From an uncultured Haloferula sp. (GTDB taxonomy: Bacteria > Verrucomicrobiota > Verrucomicrobiia > Verrucomicrobiales > Akkermansiaceae), in the NCBI GenBank assembly GCA_965652295.1, contig CBFGTS010000002.1, positions 1-64,000 on the forward strand: DNA of 64,000 nt, in the 5' to 3' direction. Under the pieces are notes generated by a model. The model was not told where the DNA came from, made no database searches, and saw only the letters and a program-made list of their open reading frames with translations. The position numbers and the translations under genes were made by a program. Of this stretch, positions 51,151 to 61,454 are shown in pieces; position 1 is the stretch's first letter; each line of letters starts with the position of its first letter.

Positions 51151-51179
51151 AAGATGCTCGTGCAAGGGCGGTTATTCAA
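51151..51179 (-). promoter_or_regulatory. Candidate sigma-70 promoter of ssrA
   Basis: TTGAAT-17bp-CATCTT, ending 17 bp upstream of the mature 5' end. Confidence 0.5.
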
Positions 51180-51310
51180 TCGGGAAAATGGGGATCTTTT
51201 CGCCTGCTTGCTGCTGCCGCCATGAGGGGGCCTCACAGGGCGTGCGACCTGACCGAACCAAGGTTCATGAAAGTTCGGAAAAACGTCCCGGGGGGAGGGC
51301 CCTAAGCACG

Positions 51311-51635
51311 TACTCCACAAGTTGTTCACAGCCCGGAGCAGCGGCTCGTTCGAAGCTTCTTTGGGGCTTCTCAAGGGAGCGTCTCCCCTGCGTGATCGCT
51401 TCCCGGAGGTTCCTGAATTGCGAACAACTTGTGGGAAACTCGTGGAATCCCTTGAAAGGCTTCGAGAGCCATTGGTTGTAAGTGACTTGCATTCCTTATT
51501 CACAGTTATTCCCAAACGAAGAACTCTTGTTTGAATGGAAACGCTTCGAGGCGCGATGACGGAGAAAATGGACCAACCAAGATGGCGGAACCGTCACGTT
51601 GGCACGGGGCGTGAGTTTTGCCGAAGTTGTTCACA
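51311..51635. promoter_or_regulatory. DnaA-box cluster (candidate oriC)
   Basis: TTATTCACA 51496, TTATTCCCA 51506, TTGTTCACA 51322 and 51627, TACTCCACA 51311; reverse boxes at 51419 and 51430; gene-free region. Confidence 0.6.
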
Positions 51636-51657
51636 ACGCCTGAGGCTCGGCCGGAGC

Positions 51658-52269
51658 TCAGGATTTGAGAAAATTCTCCAAAAGCCGGATGCCTGCCTGC
51701 TGGCTCTTTTCCGGGTGGAACTGGGTGGCGATGAGCCTGCCGCGTCGCACGGCGGCGGCGAACCGGGTTCCTTCGTATTCTGTTTCCATCGCGACGAGCG
51801 CCTTGTCGCTCGGCTCAGGGTAATAGGAATGGACGAAGTAGAAATAGGGGGCCTCGCCGAGACCGTCCCAAAGCGGAAGATCCGCTTGGAGGAGGCGCGC
51901 GCTGTTCCAGCCCATGTGGGGGATTTTGCGGCCGTCTTCAGGAAAGCGGACGACCTTGCCCTTGAGCACTCCGAGGCCGGCGACGCCGGGGCTTTCCGCG
52001 CCGCTCTCGAACAAGACCTGATAGCCGACGCAGATCCCGAAGAAGGGACGGTCGTCGGCGATCCAGCGGCGGATGGGCTCGATCAGCCCCCGCCGGTCCA
52101 GCTCCGTCATGGCATCGCCGAAGGCCCCCACACCGGGAAAAATCAGGTGGGTGAGGTCGTCGAAGCCTTCGCCAGTGGCCAGCAGCTTGGGCGTCACGCC
52201 CAGCGATTGCACGGCATTGGCGGCGCTGCGGAGGTTGCCTGCGCCGTAATCGATGATTCCAACGTTCAC
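51658..52269 (-). CDS. hisH: Imidazole glycerol phosphate synthase glutaminase HisH
   Basis: IDYGAGNL, PGVGAF, GICVGYQ, PHMGWN, YFVHSY, QFHPEKS. Confidence 0.96.
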   Translation of the reverse strand: MNVGIIDYGAGNLRSAANAVQSLGVTPKLLATGEGFDDLTHLIFPGVGAFGDAMTELDRRGLIEPIRRWIADDRPFFGICVGYQVLFESGAESPGVAGLGVLKGKVVRFPEDGRKIPHMGWNSARLLQADLPLWDGLGEAPYFYFVHSYYPEPSDKALVAMETEYEGTRFAAAVRRGRLIATQFHPEKSQQAGIRLLENFLKS

Positions 52270-52280
52270 GGGTCGGGGGA

Positions 52281-52868
52281 TCAGAGAGCTTCCTTCGTGC
52301 TGGGAATGCCGGTCACGCGGGGATCGATCCCGCAGGCGTCACGGAGGGCCCGGGCAAGGCCCTTGAAGATGGCTTCGGCGATGTGGTGTCCGTCGCGACC
52401 GTAAAGGAGCTCCACGTGGAGATTGCAGCGGAGGTTCGAGGCCACGGCGCGGCAGAACTCTTCGACCAGTGAAAACGGGAAATTGGGAGCGGATGGGGTC
52501 GACTCGGCGGCCCGGAATTCAAGAAAAGGCCGGTTGCTGAGGTCGATGACGACCCGGGCCAGCGTTTCGTCCATCGGAAGATAGGCGGCTCCGTAGCGTT
52601 GGATACCGCGCTTGTCGCCAAGCGCCTCGCGGATCGCCTCACCGAGCACGATGCCGACGTCCTCGACGGTGTGATGGAAATCCACCTCGATGTCGCCCTC
52701 GCACTTCAACTGCACGTCGAAAAGACCGTGCCTCGAAAAGAGGGTGAGCATGTGGTCGAAGAAGGGGACCCCGGTATCGATCTTCGAGGTGCCGGAGCCG
52801 TCGAGATCGATGGAGAGCTCGATGCGGGTTTCGGCCGTGGCGCGGGAGCGGCTGGCGGTGCGGGGCAT
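52281..52868 (-). CDS. hisB: Imidazoleglycerol-phosphate dehydratase HisB
   Basis: [43 protein letters not shown]. Confidence 0.96.
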   Translation of the reverse strand: MPRTASRSRATAETRIELSIDLDGSGTSKIDTGVPFFDHMLTLFSRHGLFDVQLKCEGDIEVDFHHTVEDVGIVLGEAIREALGDKRGIQRYGAAYLPMDETLARVVIDLSNRPFLEFRAAESTPSAPNFPFSLVEEFCRAVASNLRCNLHVELLYGRDGHHIAEAIFKGLARALRDACGIDPRVTGIPSTKEAL

Positions 52869-52929
52869 GACGGCGTGCATTGACAGCCGGAGTGGCCCGG
52901 CTGTCAACGCGAGTGTCGAAAAGACCGGA

Positions 52930-53988
52930 TCAGGAGCCGGTGGTGCCTTCGGGCGCGAGCTGCTGAAGACGCTGCAGGTAAGGCTCAGGGACGCCTGCCT
53001 CTTGAGCCGACTTGAGGGCTGCGGCGGCCGCTTCGGCATCCGGCTCGCCCTTGAGCGTCTTGTAGGCTTCCTGATACGCTTTGCCACCATCGGGAATCGC
53101 TGAGACGTCCAGCTCCTTCAGCTTCTGGAATTCCTGGGCGAGGGTGCCGCGCATTTCGCGCATGGCGTCCAGATGCCAGACGTTGACGGAGATCCAGCGC
53201 TCACCGGCCTGCTTTTCTTCTTCGAGCTGCGCCTCGTATTTCGCCATCTGGTCTTCGATCGCCTGCTTGGTCCGCGGCTTGTCTTGTGTGGGGAGCTTCT
53301 TGAAATCCTCGGCCCGCTTGGTTTTGCGCTCTTCAAAGCTGCGGACCTCGTCGCCGAGCTTCGAGTGGAGTTCCTTGATCAGGACGGAGGCGATCGGCAC
53401 CGAGTCCTTGTAGGCCTGGGTGGTCGGGAACTTCTCGGCGAGCTCGTCCCACGCACGCAACGCGGCGACATACTGGTTGTCATCCACGAGTTGCTTGAAG
53501 TCGGCAAAGGCCAGGCGGGCATCGAAGCCGTAGGCGTCCCCCTGGCGGTCGTCCGCGGAGATCAATTCGCCATCGTATTTCACGCCGCCGTTTTTGATCA
53601 CCGCATACTCTTCCTTGAGGGTCTTGGCGATGTTCTCGGCCGCGGATTTGTGGAAGCTCTCCGGGTAGGTCTCGATGAACTTTTCGACCTGCTTGATGCG
53701 GGCTTCGTATTCGCCGGGCTCGAGCAGGTCGGGCGTGGGTACGAGTTCCTTGATCTCGGGAAACTCCTTTTCATCCTTCGCTTCGGGGATGACCGCCACG
53801 ACGTCGGCCTTGGCGATGGTGCGCTGGTCGCGGATGGAAGGGGTGACCTGGACCAGCGCGATGTAGGAATCGTCGGTCTCGGAGATGATGGTACCTTCCA
53901 GTTTTGTTCCGTCCTTCAGCTTGAAGGTATCCGCTTGGGCGAGGCCCAGAAGGATGGGAACGAGGAGGGCGATGGGCTTTTTCTTCAT
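52930..53988 (-). CDS. PTPDL-family secreted protein
   Basis: Signal peptide, [24 protein letters not shown] motif, helical C-terminus. Confidence 0.75.
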   Translation of the reverse strand: MKKKPIALLVPILLGLAQADTFKLKDGTKLEGTIISETDDSYIALVQVTPSIRDQRTIAKADVVAVIPEAKDEKEFPEIKELVPTPDLLEPGEYEARIKQVEKFIETYPESFHKSAAENIAKTLKEEYAVIKNGGVKYDGELISADDRQGDAYGFDARLAFADFKQLVDDNQYVAALRAWDELAEKFPTTQAYKDSVPIASVLIKELHSKLGDEVRSFEERKTKRAEDFKKLPTQDKPRTKQAIEDQMAKYEAQLEEEKQAGERWISVNVWHLDAMREMRGTLAQEFQKLKELDVSAIPDGGKAYQEAYKTLKGEPDAEAAAAALKSAQEAGVPEPYLQRLQQLAPEGTTGS

Positions 53989-53999
53989 GTGAGTTTGGG

Positions 54000-56141
54000 T
54001 CAATGGCCTGCGAGATCTTTCACCGCATCGGCGGAGGGCAAGATGGTTTCCTCTCCGCCGGGTGCAACGAATTTGATTGCCTCCGACTGCGTTGCCTCAA
54101 TTTTCCGCTCGAAAGCGCGCAAGGGAAGGGCGGTGGCGGCCTGGATCGCCTCGGGCGGGGCCTCTCCCCCTAGGTAGAGGGTCCCGGCGTCGAACTCGGC
54201 GAGCAGGGCGGCGATGGTGTCCATGAAGATGACTGGCACCGTGTCGATGGGAGGGAGCGACTGCTGCCAGCGCCGCAGTCCCGGGGGCACCGGCTGGCCG
54301 GTTTTCACAAACGACTGGAGATTCTGGCGGACGATCCCCGCGGTGGACCAGCCGAAGATCATGGAACGATCCTCGAAGGGGAAGGGAATGATTGCGAAGC
54401 CCTCGCGGCTTTCGGAGAGCCGGTCGCCCTCCTGGCTGACGAAATTTTCCCCCAGAAGGGTCATCAGGTCGGTGGCCCAGCGGGTCCATTGATCGTCCAA
54501 GGTGATGGCGGCCAGGTCGAGTGACGCCCGCGCGGCAAGTGCGTAGGTGAAGGCGCGGCTGTCGCTCATCGGGTCGGGATTGGCCCCCGGGCGTTCGTTC
54601 AGGAAACGCGCCTGCCCGAAGGCGTCGCGGCAGTTCTCACCGAGCTTGAGCGCCTTGGTCTTCCAATTCTCGTCGCCCGTGGCGGTGAAGAGCGCGGCGT
54701 AGGCGCGGATCATGGAAAAGCTCGCGGTGGCGGAGGGGGTGGCATCCTTGGGCGGGAGCGGGTGCAGCGTGGCACGTGCCTTGAGCAGGCTCTTGCGACC
54801 GGCTTCGAGGTGCTTCTTCACGTCCTCGACCGGCATGCCCACCTCGGCGGCGACCTGCTCGGGCGTTTTCATCATGCGGAGCGAGTTTTGACGGAAGGTC
54901 CGTCTGGCCGGATCCGCCTCCGGAGGGAGGTTCCCGAGGGATTTGAAATCTGACATCGATTTCCAAACGGTGAATTGATCGGCATCAAGATTGAGCTCCA
55001 GATCATCGACGCGCCACAGGGCCTCGGTCGGGTCGCTGGGTGCCAGAACGCGCCGGATGGCGAAGAGTCCGTCTTCGGTGGCGAACATGTTTTCCGCGAA
55101 TTCCGCTGCGCGTGTCGCCACCTCCACGGCCCCGGGGACGTTGGCGAATTGGTGGAGATCGACCATTGCAATGACGGCTTCCGCCTGAGTGATGCAGTTC
55201 CGCGCCGGGATCGGGAAGTCCCAGGACGGACCGATGCGGCCGGAGTAAACGCCGCCGTCGAGGGGGTCGATCATGGCGCTCGCGAGCAGCTGGTCCGCCA
55301 TCGCGGAGGCCGCGGCGTCACATCGTTTCCGAAGACGGGGCGAGATGGTTTCCGATCGCGAGGCCCGGGCGAGAAGCGACATGGCCTCTGCCGGAAAAAG
55401 CCCGCCCAAGGTATCGAGCGACCCGCTGCTCTGGTCCCAGAGGCTGCTGATCTGCTGGACCGCCTCGATCAGCTTGGTCCGCCGTTCAGCCGCGGATTCA
55501 TACAGCGGCTCGGGTTTCGCCGGATGCTCGCGCCGCCGGTTGAGCTTCGCCAGGCTATCGGTCCGCACGTAATCAGGGGCATCCTTCCAGAGCCGCTTGA
55601 TCACCTCCAGAGCGTTCGAGACCTGGGCGAGAGTATCCTCATTGCTGCGGTAGTTCAGCACCTTCCATGTCACCGGCGCGCCGTCCGGCGAGAGAACCAC
55701 CATGAAAGGGAAACCGACCGACTCATTGACCTCCGAGGCCAGTGCGGCGCTCAGAAGCATGGTGTCCCGGCTGATCTCCCCGTCGATGAGGACCGGGATG
55801 AAATAGCGGTTGAAATCGGCGACGAGGGCGGGGGATGACTCGATGGCTGCGAGGGTTTCCGCGCTGCCGGGGAAGCGGGATGAGCCGACGAAGGCGACGA
55901 TGAGCCGGTGGGCCTTGTCAGCATCCTCCAGAAGGGACGGCTTCCACGTCTGCCAATGGATCGGGCTCTCCGCGTTGCCGGAAAGGAAGGTGGACGGAGT
56001 ACCATCGAGCTGGTTCGCCTTGAGGTGGGAGGCGATCACCGGCTCCGGCGTCTTGGAGTCGGCGGCGTCCTTCTTGTCGCTACAGGCGGTGAGGGCGAGG
56101 AGTGCGGCGGTGGCCGTTAGGGTGCGATGGAGGGTGGTCAT
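54000..56141 (-). CDS. DUF255/YyaL (SPATA20-like) lipoprotein, divergent
   Basis: Lipobox LTAC; SPIHWQTW..FIPVLID..GFPFMVVLSPDGAP; MIDPLDGGVY. Confidence 0.78.
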   Translation of the reverse strand: MTTLHRTLTATAALLALTACSDKKDAADSKTPEPVIASHLKANQLDGTPSTFLSGNAESPIHWQTWKPSLLEDADKAHRLIVAFVGSSRFPGSAETLAAIESSPALVADFNRYFIPVLIDGEISRDTMLLSAALASEVNESVGFPFMVVLSPDGAPVTWKVLNYRSNEDTLAQVSNALEVIKRLWKDAPDYVRTDSLAKLNRRREHPAKPEPLYESAAERRTKLIEAVQQISSLWDQSSGSLDTLGGLFPAEAMSLLARASRSETISPRLRKRCDAAASAMADQLLASAMIDPLDGGVYSGRIGPSWDFPIPARNCITQAEAVIAMVDLHQFANVPGAVEVATRAAEFAENMFATEDGLFAIRRVLAPSDPTEALWRVDDLELNLDADQFTVWKSMSDFKSLGNLPPEADPARRTFRQNSLRMMKTPEQVAAEVGMPVEDVKKHLEAGRKSLLKARATLHPLPPKDATPSATASFSMIRAYAALFTATGDENWKTKALKLGENCRDAFGQARFLNERPGANPDPMSDSRAFTYALAARASLDLAAITLDDQWTRWATDLMTLLGENFVSQEGDRLSESREGFAIIPFPFEDRSMIFGWSTAGIVRQNLQSFVKTGQPVPPGLRRWQQSLPPIDTVPVIFMDTIAALLAEFDAGTLYLGGEAPPEAIQAATALPLRAFERKIEATQSEAIKFVAPGGEETILPSADAVKDLAGH

Positions 56142-56249
56142 GAATGGAGGAGATTGCTCTCGGATGAAGACGCCGCCGACTTCGCAGAAAAGTCTTTCGC
56201 CCCTACAAGCGCGAGCTAGGCTCGGCCGCGGCTTCGGAAGGATAGCAGC

Positions 56250-57035
56250 GTGATCAGTATTGCAATATCAAGTCAGAAGGGCGGCGTCGGGAAAACCACC
56301 ATGTCGATCAACCTCGCCCACTCGTTCGCGCGGGCGGGCTACCGCACCTTGCTGGTGGACGCTGACCCCCAGGGCTCTGTGGGTCTTTCCCTGACCCGTC
56401 AATCGCGGCTCCTGTCGGGGTTCTACGACTATTTGTCCGACCCCGGCATCGCTCTCGAACGTGTCATCGTGCCGACGCGGATGGAGACTTTCAGCCTGGT
56501 GACCGCCGGCCAGGGGGGCGACTATGAAATCGGCGGAACGCCGACCGGGGTCCACCTTTCCCGGGTGAGGAGCTTTCTGCGGGCGATGGAGGCCCGGGGG
56601 TTCGACCTTTGCCTGATCGATACACCGGCGGGGCTTTTCGGGCTGACGGCCGACGTGATCTGCTCGAGCCACGGGGTGCTGATCCCGCAGCAGGCCGAGC
56701 CACTGGGAATCCGCTCGTTGCCGAAGATGCTGGAGGGGCTCAATCGCCTGCGGGTGATCCACCCGGGGCTGAAAGTCATCGGAGTGGGTCTCACGATGGT
56801 CCAGAAGGACATGGAGGAGAGCCGGGATTCGGTGGAGGCCTTGAAGAGCCTGCTACCCCCAGCGCTGGTGCTGCGGACGCTCGTTCCGCGCGATCCCCTG
56901 TTCATCAAAGCCAGCGCTCGCGGCCTGCCGGTCGGCGTGATGGAGGACGGGGTGGGGGCTTTGGCCGTGTTTGACTCGCTGCGCGTCGAAGTGGAGGCAA
57001 AACTCAACTTGCAGGCACCGGCATCCCGGGCTTGA
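56250..57035 (+). CDS. ParA/Soj-family ATPase
   Basis: QKGGVGKTT, VDADPQGS, IDTPAG, IPQQAEPL. Confidence 0.92.
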   Translation: MISIAISSQKGGVGKTTMSINLAHSFARAGYRTLLVDADPQGSVGLSLTRQSRLLSGFYDYLSDPGIALERVIVPTRMETFSLVTAGQGGDYEIGGTPTGVHLSRVRSFLRAMEARGFDLCLIDTPAGLFGLTADVICSSHGVLIPQQAEPLGIRSLPKMLEGLNRLRVIHPGLKVIGVGLTMVQKDMEESRDSVEALKSLLPPALVLRTLVPRDPLFIKASARGLPVGVMEDGVGALAVFDSLRVEVEAKLNLQAPASRA

Positions 57036-57042
57036 GCATGGC

Positions 57043-57729
57043 ATGGATCCGGTAGTTTCATGGATGGATGTGGAAGCGGTGCGTCAGATGGCGCAGCAAC
57101 TCGTTTCCCCTTCCCAGTCCGCCGAGGTGGGGCCGGCGGAGGATGCCGGGTTCAGCGATACTTTCGTCGGCTACGTGATTCCGAACCAGCCGTTGACCCC
57201 GCCGCAGCCTGAAACGGAAAGCCGGCCGCCGCCGCTCCCCGAGCGGGTCTTGGAAGAGCGTGCACCGGAGCCTGCCGAGGAGCCTCCGCCGAAGCCATTC
57301 CCCGCAGCGGCGATCGCAGGTGCCGTGTCCGCCACGCCCCATCCGCAAATCGATCCTACGCCACCGGTGCCGGAGGCGGGAACCCTGGTTCGGAGGATGG
57401 AGAGCTTCCGCGAGTGGCTGACGGCGAACTTCAAGGCGCGGGGAGCTTTCGTGCTGGATCGCGACGGCAATCCGGTGATCGACGATGCGGCCTTCGCGAA
57501 GCTTCATTTCCTCGCCCGTAGTCTCGCGCAAGCCTACCGGCCGGTGAAGGGCGAGGCCGGCAATGTGCACGTGAAAGTCGGCTCCGATGCCTTCCTTTCC
57601 GTCGTCCCCGTGGACACCGCCTTCGGCCGTCTTGTCCTCGGAGCGGTGTTGCCGACTCCGCTCGACGCCCCGGCGGTCAGAGCCGTGGCCGCGGCGCTGG
57701 AGCAGGTGGCCAGACCCGTCCGGCACTAG
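57043..57729 (+). CDS. Hypothetical protein with Pro-rich linker and a C-terminal roadblock/longin-like domain
   Basis: 7 bp after parA; ARGAFVLDRDGNPVI beta-helix pattern. Confidence 0.6.
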   Translation: MDPVVSWMDVEAVRQMAQQLVSPSQSAEVGPAEDAGFSDTFVGYVIPNQPLTPPQPETESRPPPLPERVLEERAPEPAEEPPPKPFPAAAIAGAVSATPHPQIDPTPPVPEAGTLVRRMESFREWLTANFKARGAFVLDRDGNPVIDDAAFAKLHFLARSLAQAYRPVKGEAGNVHVKVGSDAFLSVVPVDTAFGRLVLGAVLPTPLDAPAVRAVAAALEQVARPVRH

Positions 57730-57733
57730 GTCT

Positions 57734-60700
57734 CTAACTCGTCCGCCGGTTCTGGAGAATCAGAGCCAGCGTGGCCAAGCCGCACGCCGTATTGATCGTC
57801 ACGAAAAGCACCAGCGCGGAAAACTGGATGGTCGATACCGGCTGGCCGAACCAGGGTTTTTTGTCGGCGAGGAAGATGTTGCCGTCGCGTCCCAGGTCGG
57901 CGTTGCGGTAGTCCATGCGGAAAGCCCGCGCCTCTTCGATCATGAGTTCGATGCGCTTGTTGACGAAGAAGTCGGACAAGGGCCGCGCCTGCGGAGAATC
58001 CGGGCGGAGGGGAAAGGATTCCAGTTCCAACCGTGTGCCGCCCCGGGCGATGTCGGTCAACGCGCTGGCCTTCTCTCGGGCATCGGAAGGGCTCAGGGCA
58101 TCGGCGCCGACCAATGACTGCAGCGCGTCCTTCATGATGTCGAACCGCTCCGCCACGCCAGGTTCGAGAGGAGGGGGCATCTCCTTGATGGTGTCGACCC
58201 GGCGCTGGATGCGGATCCGTTCGAGGTCGAAAGGGTTCCGGGTGGCCTGGGTGACGACCATGCCCTCATAGGCAAAGCGCAGCGGGACCAACCGGGCCGG
58301 CACCGGAATGCCACCGCGCTCGCGTTCGATCTTCGCGTCCTCGAAAAGCCCGCGGTTCATCTCACGAAAGGGCACGAGAGCACCGGCGAGGAGCATTTGA
58401 GGCACCAGAAGCAGAGGCACCGCAGTGAGCGCCCCGCGTTCGGTTTTTGCGACGGCAGAAACCAGCAGCGCCAGCGCCGTTCCGGTGCAGGCGGTCAAGG
58501 TCATCCACTGCCACTGGTCGAGCAAGGTGCCGTGGATTTCCAGGATCCGGTGGCCGAGGAAGGTGTAGATGAAACACTGGACCGCTGCCACCAGCGAGAG
58601 CGCGGCAAACTTGGCGAAAACGTAGAGCACCATACTCCGGCGGGTATTCCGCTCGCGACGCAGGACCGGGCGGTCGCGCAGGATCTCCGTGGCGGAATTC
58701 GTCAGCCCGAGGAACATGGCGACGGTGGCGGACAGAAACAGGTAGGCGGGGATGTGCAGTGCCGTCTTGAACTCGTAGGCACCACCGGGCGAGGAGCGCA
58801 GGGTCACGGCGATGAGTGCCGCGAGCAGCGGTGACTCGATCAGCGTGGCGTAGAGCGTGCCGCGGTTGCGGAGCTTCGACCAGATCGCTCGGTGGAACTG
58901 GGTGCGGAACACTCTCAGGTTCGCCCGCAGGGAGCCGCCGCTGCGGCGGAAGGTGGTGGCACCCCTGCCGGTCAGGTCCGGCAGGGTCTCGATCCGCGAA
59001 GGCGGCGCTCCCTTGGACCCGAGCGAATGAATGAGCACCCGGCTTTCGTAGCGCTCCTGCCAGAAGTTCGGAGGAAAGCGGCGCGTCGCGGAAGGGTTCT
59101 GACCACCGCCGATCTGGGCGAGCGGGGTTTCCAGCACATCGAATACGAAGTCTGCGCCGAGCGGCACCTTGGCCTGGATCGAGGGGTGGGGGATGCCCAG
59201 TTCCTCGCAGGCTTCGCGGAAATACTCGATCATTCCCGAAGGCGAACCGAAGTAGGCGAGTCGCCCGCCGGTATCCAGTAGCAGCACCTTGTCGCACAAC
59301 CGTAGTACGTTGGCCCCCGGCCGGTGAAGCGAGGCGATGACGATCTTGTCCCGGGCGAGCGATCGCAGCGTTTCCGCGACATGTTCGCTGTCCTTGGAGG
59401 AAAGCCCGGAAATCGGTTCGTCGAAAAGGAACAGCTCCGCCGCGCTGCCGAGATCGAGCCCGAGGTTCAAGCGGCTGCGTTCCCCGCCGCTGAGGGTTTT
59501 TTCGCCCGGAGCACCGACCCGGCGGCGGGCCAGGGCCTGGAGGCCGAGTTCGGCCAGGATGCCATCGGCCCGCCGGTCGATCTCGCTCGCAGGCAGCGAG
59601 GCGCGCCGGATCGCCGTGGCGTGGCGAAGGTGCTCCCGCACCGTGAGCTGGGGATTGAGGGCCTCCTCCTGAGGCATGTGCGCGATGAAGGGCAGCAGCT
59701 TTTCCCGGTAATCGTAGAGCGAGGTGTCGTTGAGCAGCACCCGTCCGCGCGTCGGCTTGCGGTGCCCCGCCAGAATGCTCATCAGGGTGCTCTTGCCACT
59801 GCCGGAGGGGCCGATGATCGACATCACCTCGCCGCGCCGGACTTCGAAGGAAAGGTTGTCGAGCGCGCGGCTTTCCCGGGAGAAATGGTGCAGCAGGTCT
59901 TCAACGCGCAGCACTTCGATGAGGTTCCGTTCCTCGTCGATGATGCCCTCGCGGAACCGGCAACGCAGCGCCTGCGTGCGGGAAAGCCGGATGACCGAGC
60001 CCTCGTGGAGTTCCGCCGACGCGCGCACCGGCACTCCGTCCGCGAGCACCGGCCCGGCCGCCTCGCGCACGAATACGTCGCCGCGCTGGCGTTCGGGATC
60101 GAAGCGGACCCTCAGCACCACCCGCGGGGCGAGGCCGGGACTGAGCAGGAGGTCGCCGCGTTCGATCACTGACGGATCATTGGAGATGCGGAAATCCCGT
60201 TGGTCCGCATTCAGCCGGAAACGCCCGCCCGCTTCCGCCGCACGACGTCGCAGCAGGTCCAGCGAGGCTGAAAATCCATGATCGCCACTGATTCGCTCGT
60301 GGTGCGCGCAAACCAAGGGGTGTTCCGGAACCAATGGACCCCTGCCCACCACGACCGCTGATGTCCGCTTGAGCGCCTCGACCTCGGCCGAGAGTCCGAA
60401 GCGGATCCGGATCATACTTTGCCGGCTGCGCGAGCGCTCGCTGATCCAGCCTTCTTCGGTGGAGGCCAGGAAAATGGTCGATTGGTTTCCGGTGAGGGCG
60501 ACGTTGAGGAAAAACACCAGATCCTCGCAGGTCAGCGTCCACCCCGGGACGACCAATTGCTGGCGCGGCCGCATGCGCAGGAAATTGCCGGCCTCAAGGG
60601 ACCTGCCGCGGACCCATAGCGGCGCATCGCCGGTGTTCCGCACCAATACCAGATCCGCCACCCGGTAGACGCGGAAAGCGTGTTCCGCCGCCTCCGCCGG

Positions 60701-61231
60701 GAGTTCCACATCCGCCTCGCCCGCCCGCCCGAAAACCACACGCTCGAACGCAGCCGGGTGATGCATCGCCAGTCCGCCCATTTCCTCCAGGATCTGGCGT
60801 GCGTGGTCCGGCCGGCCCAACCGCCGCATGAAGATCTCGAAGGCCGCGCGGCTCCGTTCGGTGCGGCCGACCGCATCGACCAGCGTGTAGAGCTGCAAAC
60901 CCACCGCCATCTTCTCCGGGTCGGTGAGAAACTCCCGCAACTCCGCGGCGATATTCGGCAGGGGGCGCGGCTCGCGCACCGCCCGGCGAACCCTCCGCGC
61001 CAGCCACGAGTGGTCCGCCTCAGGGAAGGCGCTTCGCAGCAGGTCGAGGATCAACTCGGCTTCGCCCGGATCGAGCTTGCCATCCAAGGTGGCGAAGCCG
61101 GCGAAGGCATCCACCATCAAACCGAGCACCCGCCCGCTCGCGGAGCCCTGGGAGCGGCGGCCGAACCGCCGCTTCACCGCTCTGGGCGGAACGGGGAGAT
61201 CGGTGGACTCATCATCGGGCCGGTCGGGCAT
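57734..61231 (-). CDS. Fused ABC transporter (TerB-like + FHA-like + ATPase + ABC-2 permease)
   Basis: DGKLDPGEAELI; GPSGSGKST; LSGGERSRL; FDEPISGL; ASLHRP; C-terminal TM helices with LVPQMLLAG. Confidence 0.85.
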   Translation of the reverse strand: MPDRPDDESTDLPVPPRAVKRRFGRRSQGSASGRVLGLMVDAFAGFATLDGKLDPGEAELILDLLRSAFPEADHSWLARRVRRAVREPRPLPNIAAELREFLTDPEKMAVGLQLYTLVDAVGRTERSRAAFEIFMRRLGRPDHARQILEEMGGLAMHHPAAFERVVFGRAGEADVELPAEAAEHAFRVYRVADLVLVRNTGDAPLWVRGRSLEAGNFLRMRPRQQLVVPGWTLTCEDLVFFLNVALTGNQSTIFLASTEEGWISERSRSRQSMIRIRFGLSAEVEALKRTSAVVVGRGPLVPEHPLVCAHHERISGDHGFSASLDLLRRRAAEAGGRFRLNADQRDFRISNDPSVIERGDLLLSPGLAPRVVLRVRFDPERQRGDVFVREAAGPVLADGVPVRASAELHEGSVIRLSRTQALRCRFREGIIDEERNLIEVLRVEDLLHHFSRESRALDNLSFEVRRGEVMSIIGPSGSGKSTLMSILAGHRKPTRGRVLLNDTSLYDYREKLLPFIAHMPQEEALNPQLTVREHLRHATAIRRASLPASEIDRRADGILAELGLQALARRRVGAPGEKTLSGGERSRLNLGLDLGSAAELFLFDEPISGLSSKDSEHVAETLRSLARDKIVIASLHRPGANVLRLCDKVLLLDTGGRLAYFGSPSGMIEYFREACEELGIPHPSIQAKVPLGADFVFDVLETPLAQIGGGQNPSATRRFPPNFWQERYESRVLIHSLGSKGAPPSRIETLPDLTGRGATTFRRSGGSLRANLRVFRTQFHRAIWSKLRNRGTLYATLIESPLLAALIAVTLRSSPGGAYEFKTALHIPAYLFLSATVAMFLGLTNSATEILRDRPVLRRERNTRRSMVLYVFAKFAALSLVAAVQCFIYTFLGHRILEIHGTLLDQWQWMTLTACTGTALALLVSAVAKTERGALTAVPLLLVPQMLLAGALVPFREMNRGLFEDAKIERERGGIPVPARLVPLRFAYEGMVVTQATRNPFDLERIRIQRRVDTIKEMPPPLEPGVAERFDIMKDALQSLVGADALSPSDAREKASALTDIARGGTRLELESFPLRPDSPQARPLSDFFVNKRIELMIEEARAFRMDYRNADLGRDGNIFLADKKPWFGQPVSTIQFSALVLFVTINTACGLATLALILQNRRTS

Positions 61232-61454
61232 TGGTGGGATGCTTGGGGAACACGGCCCGCGCGGCAAGAACCGCCGCCGGAAAAGAAGCCGCTTCACGCA
61301 GGAAACCGGCCCGGGAAATCCATGCGGGAATCCGCGGAAAAATGGAGTTTTCTTTTAGGCAAGCCGCACTAGTCTCCGTCGCCTTTGCCGGGGTGGCTAC
61401 CTCGTGCTAGGCTCCACCCATGCGGTGCACCGATTGCTCCGCTCCTGAACCACC

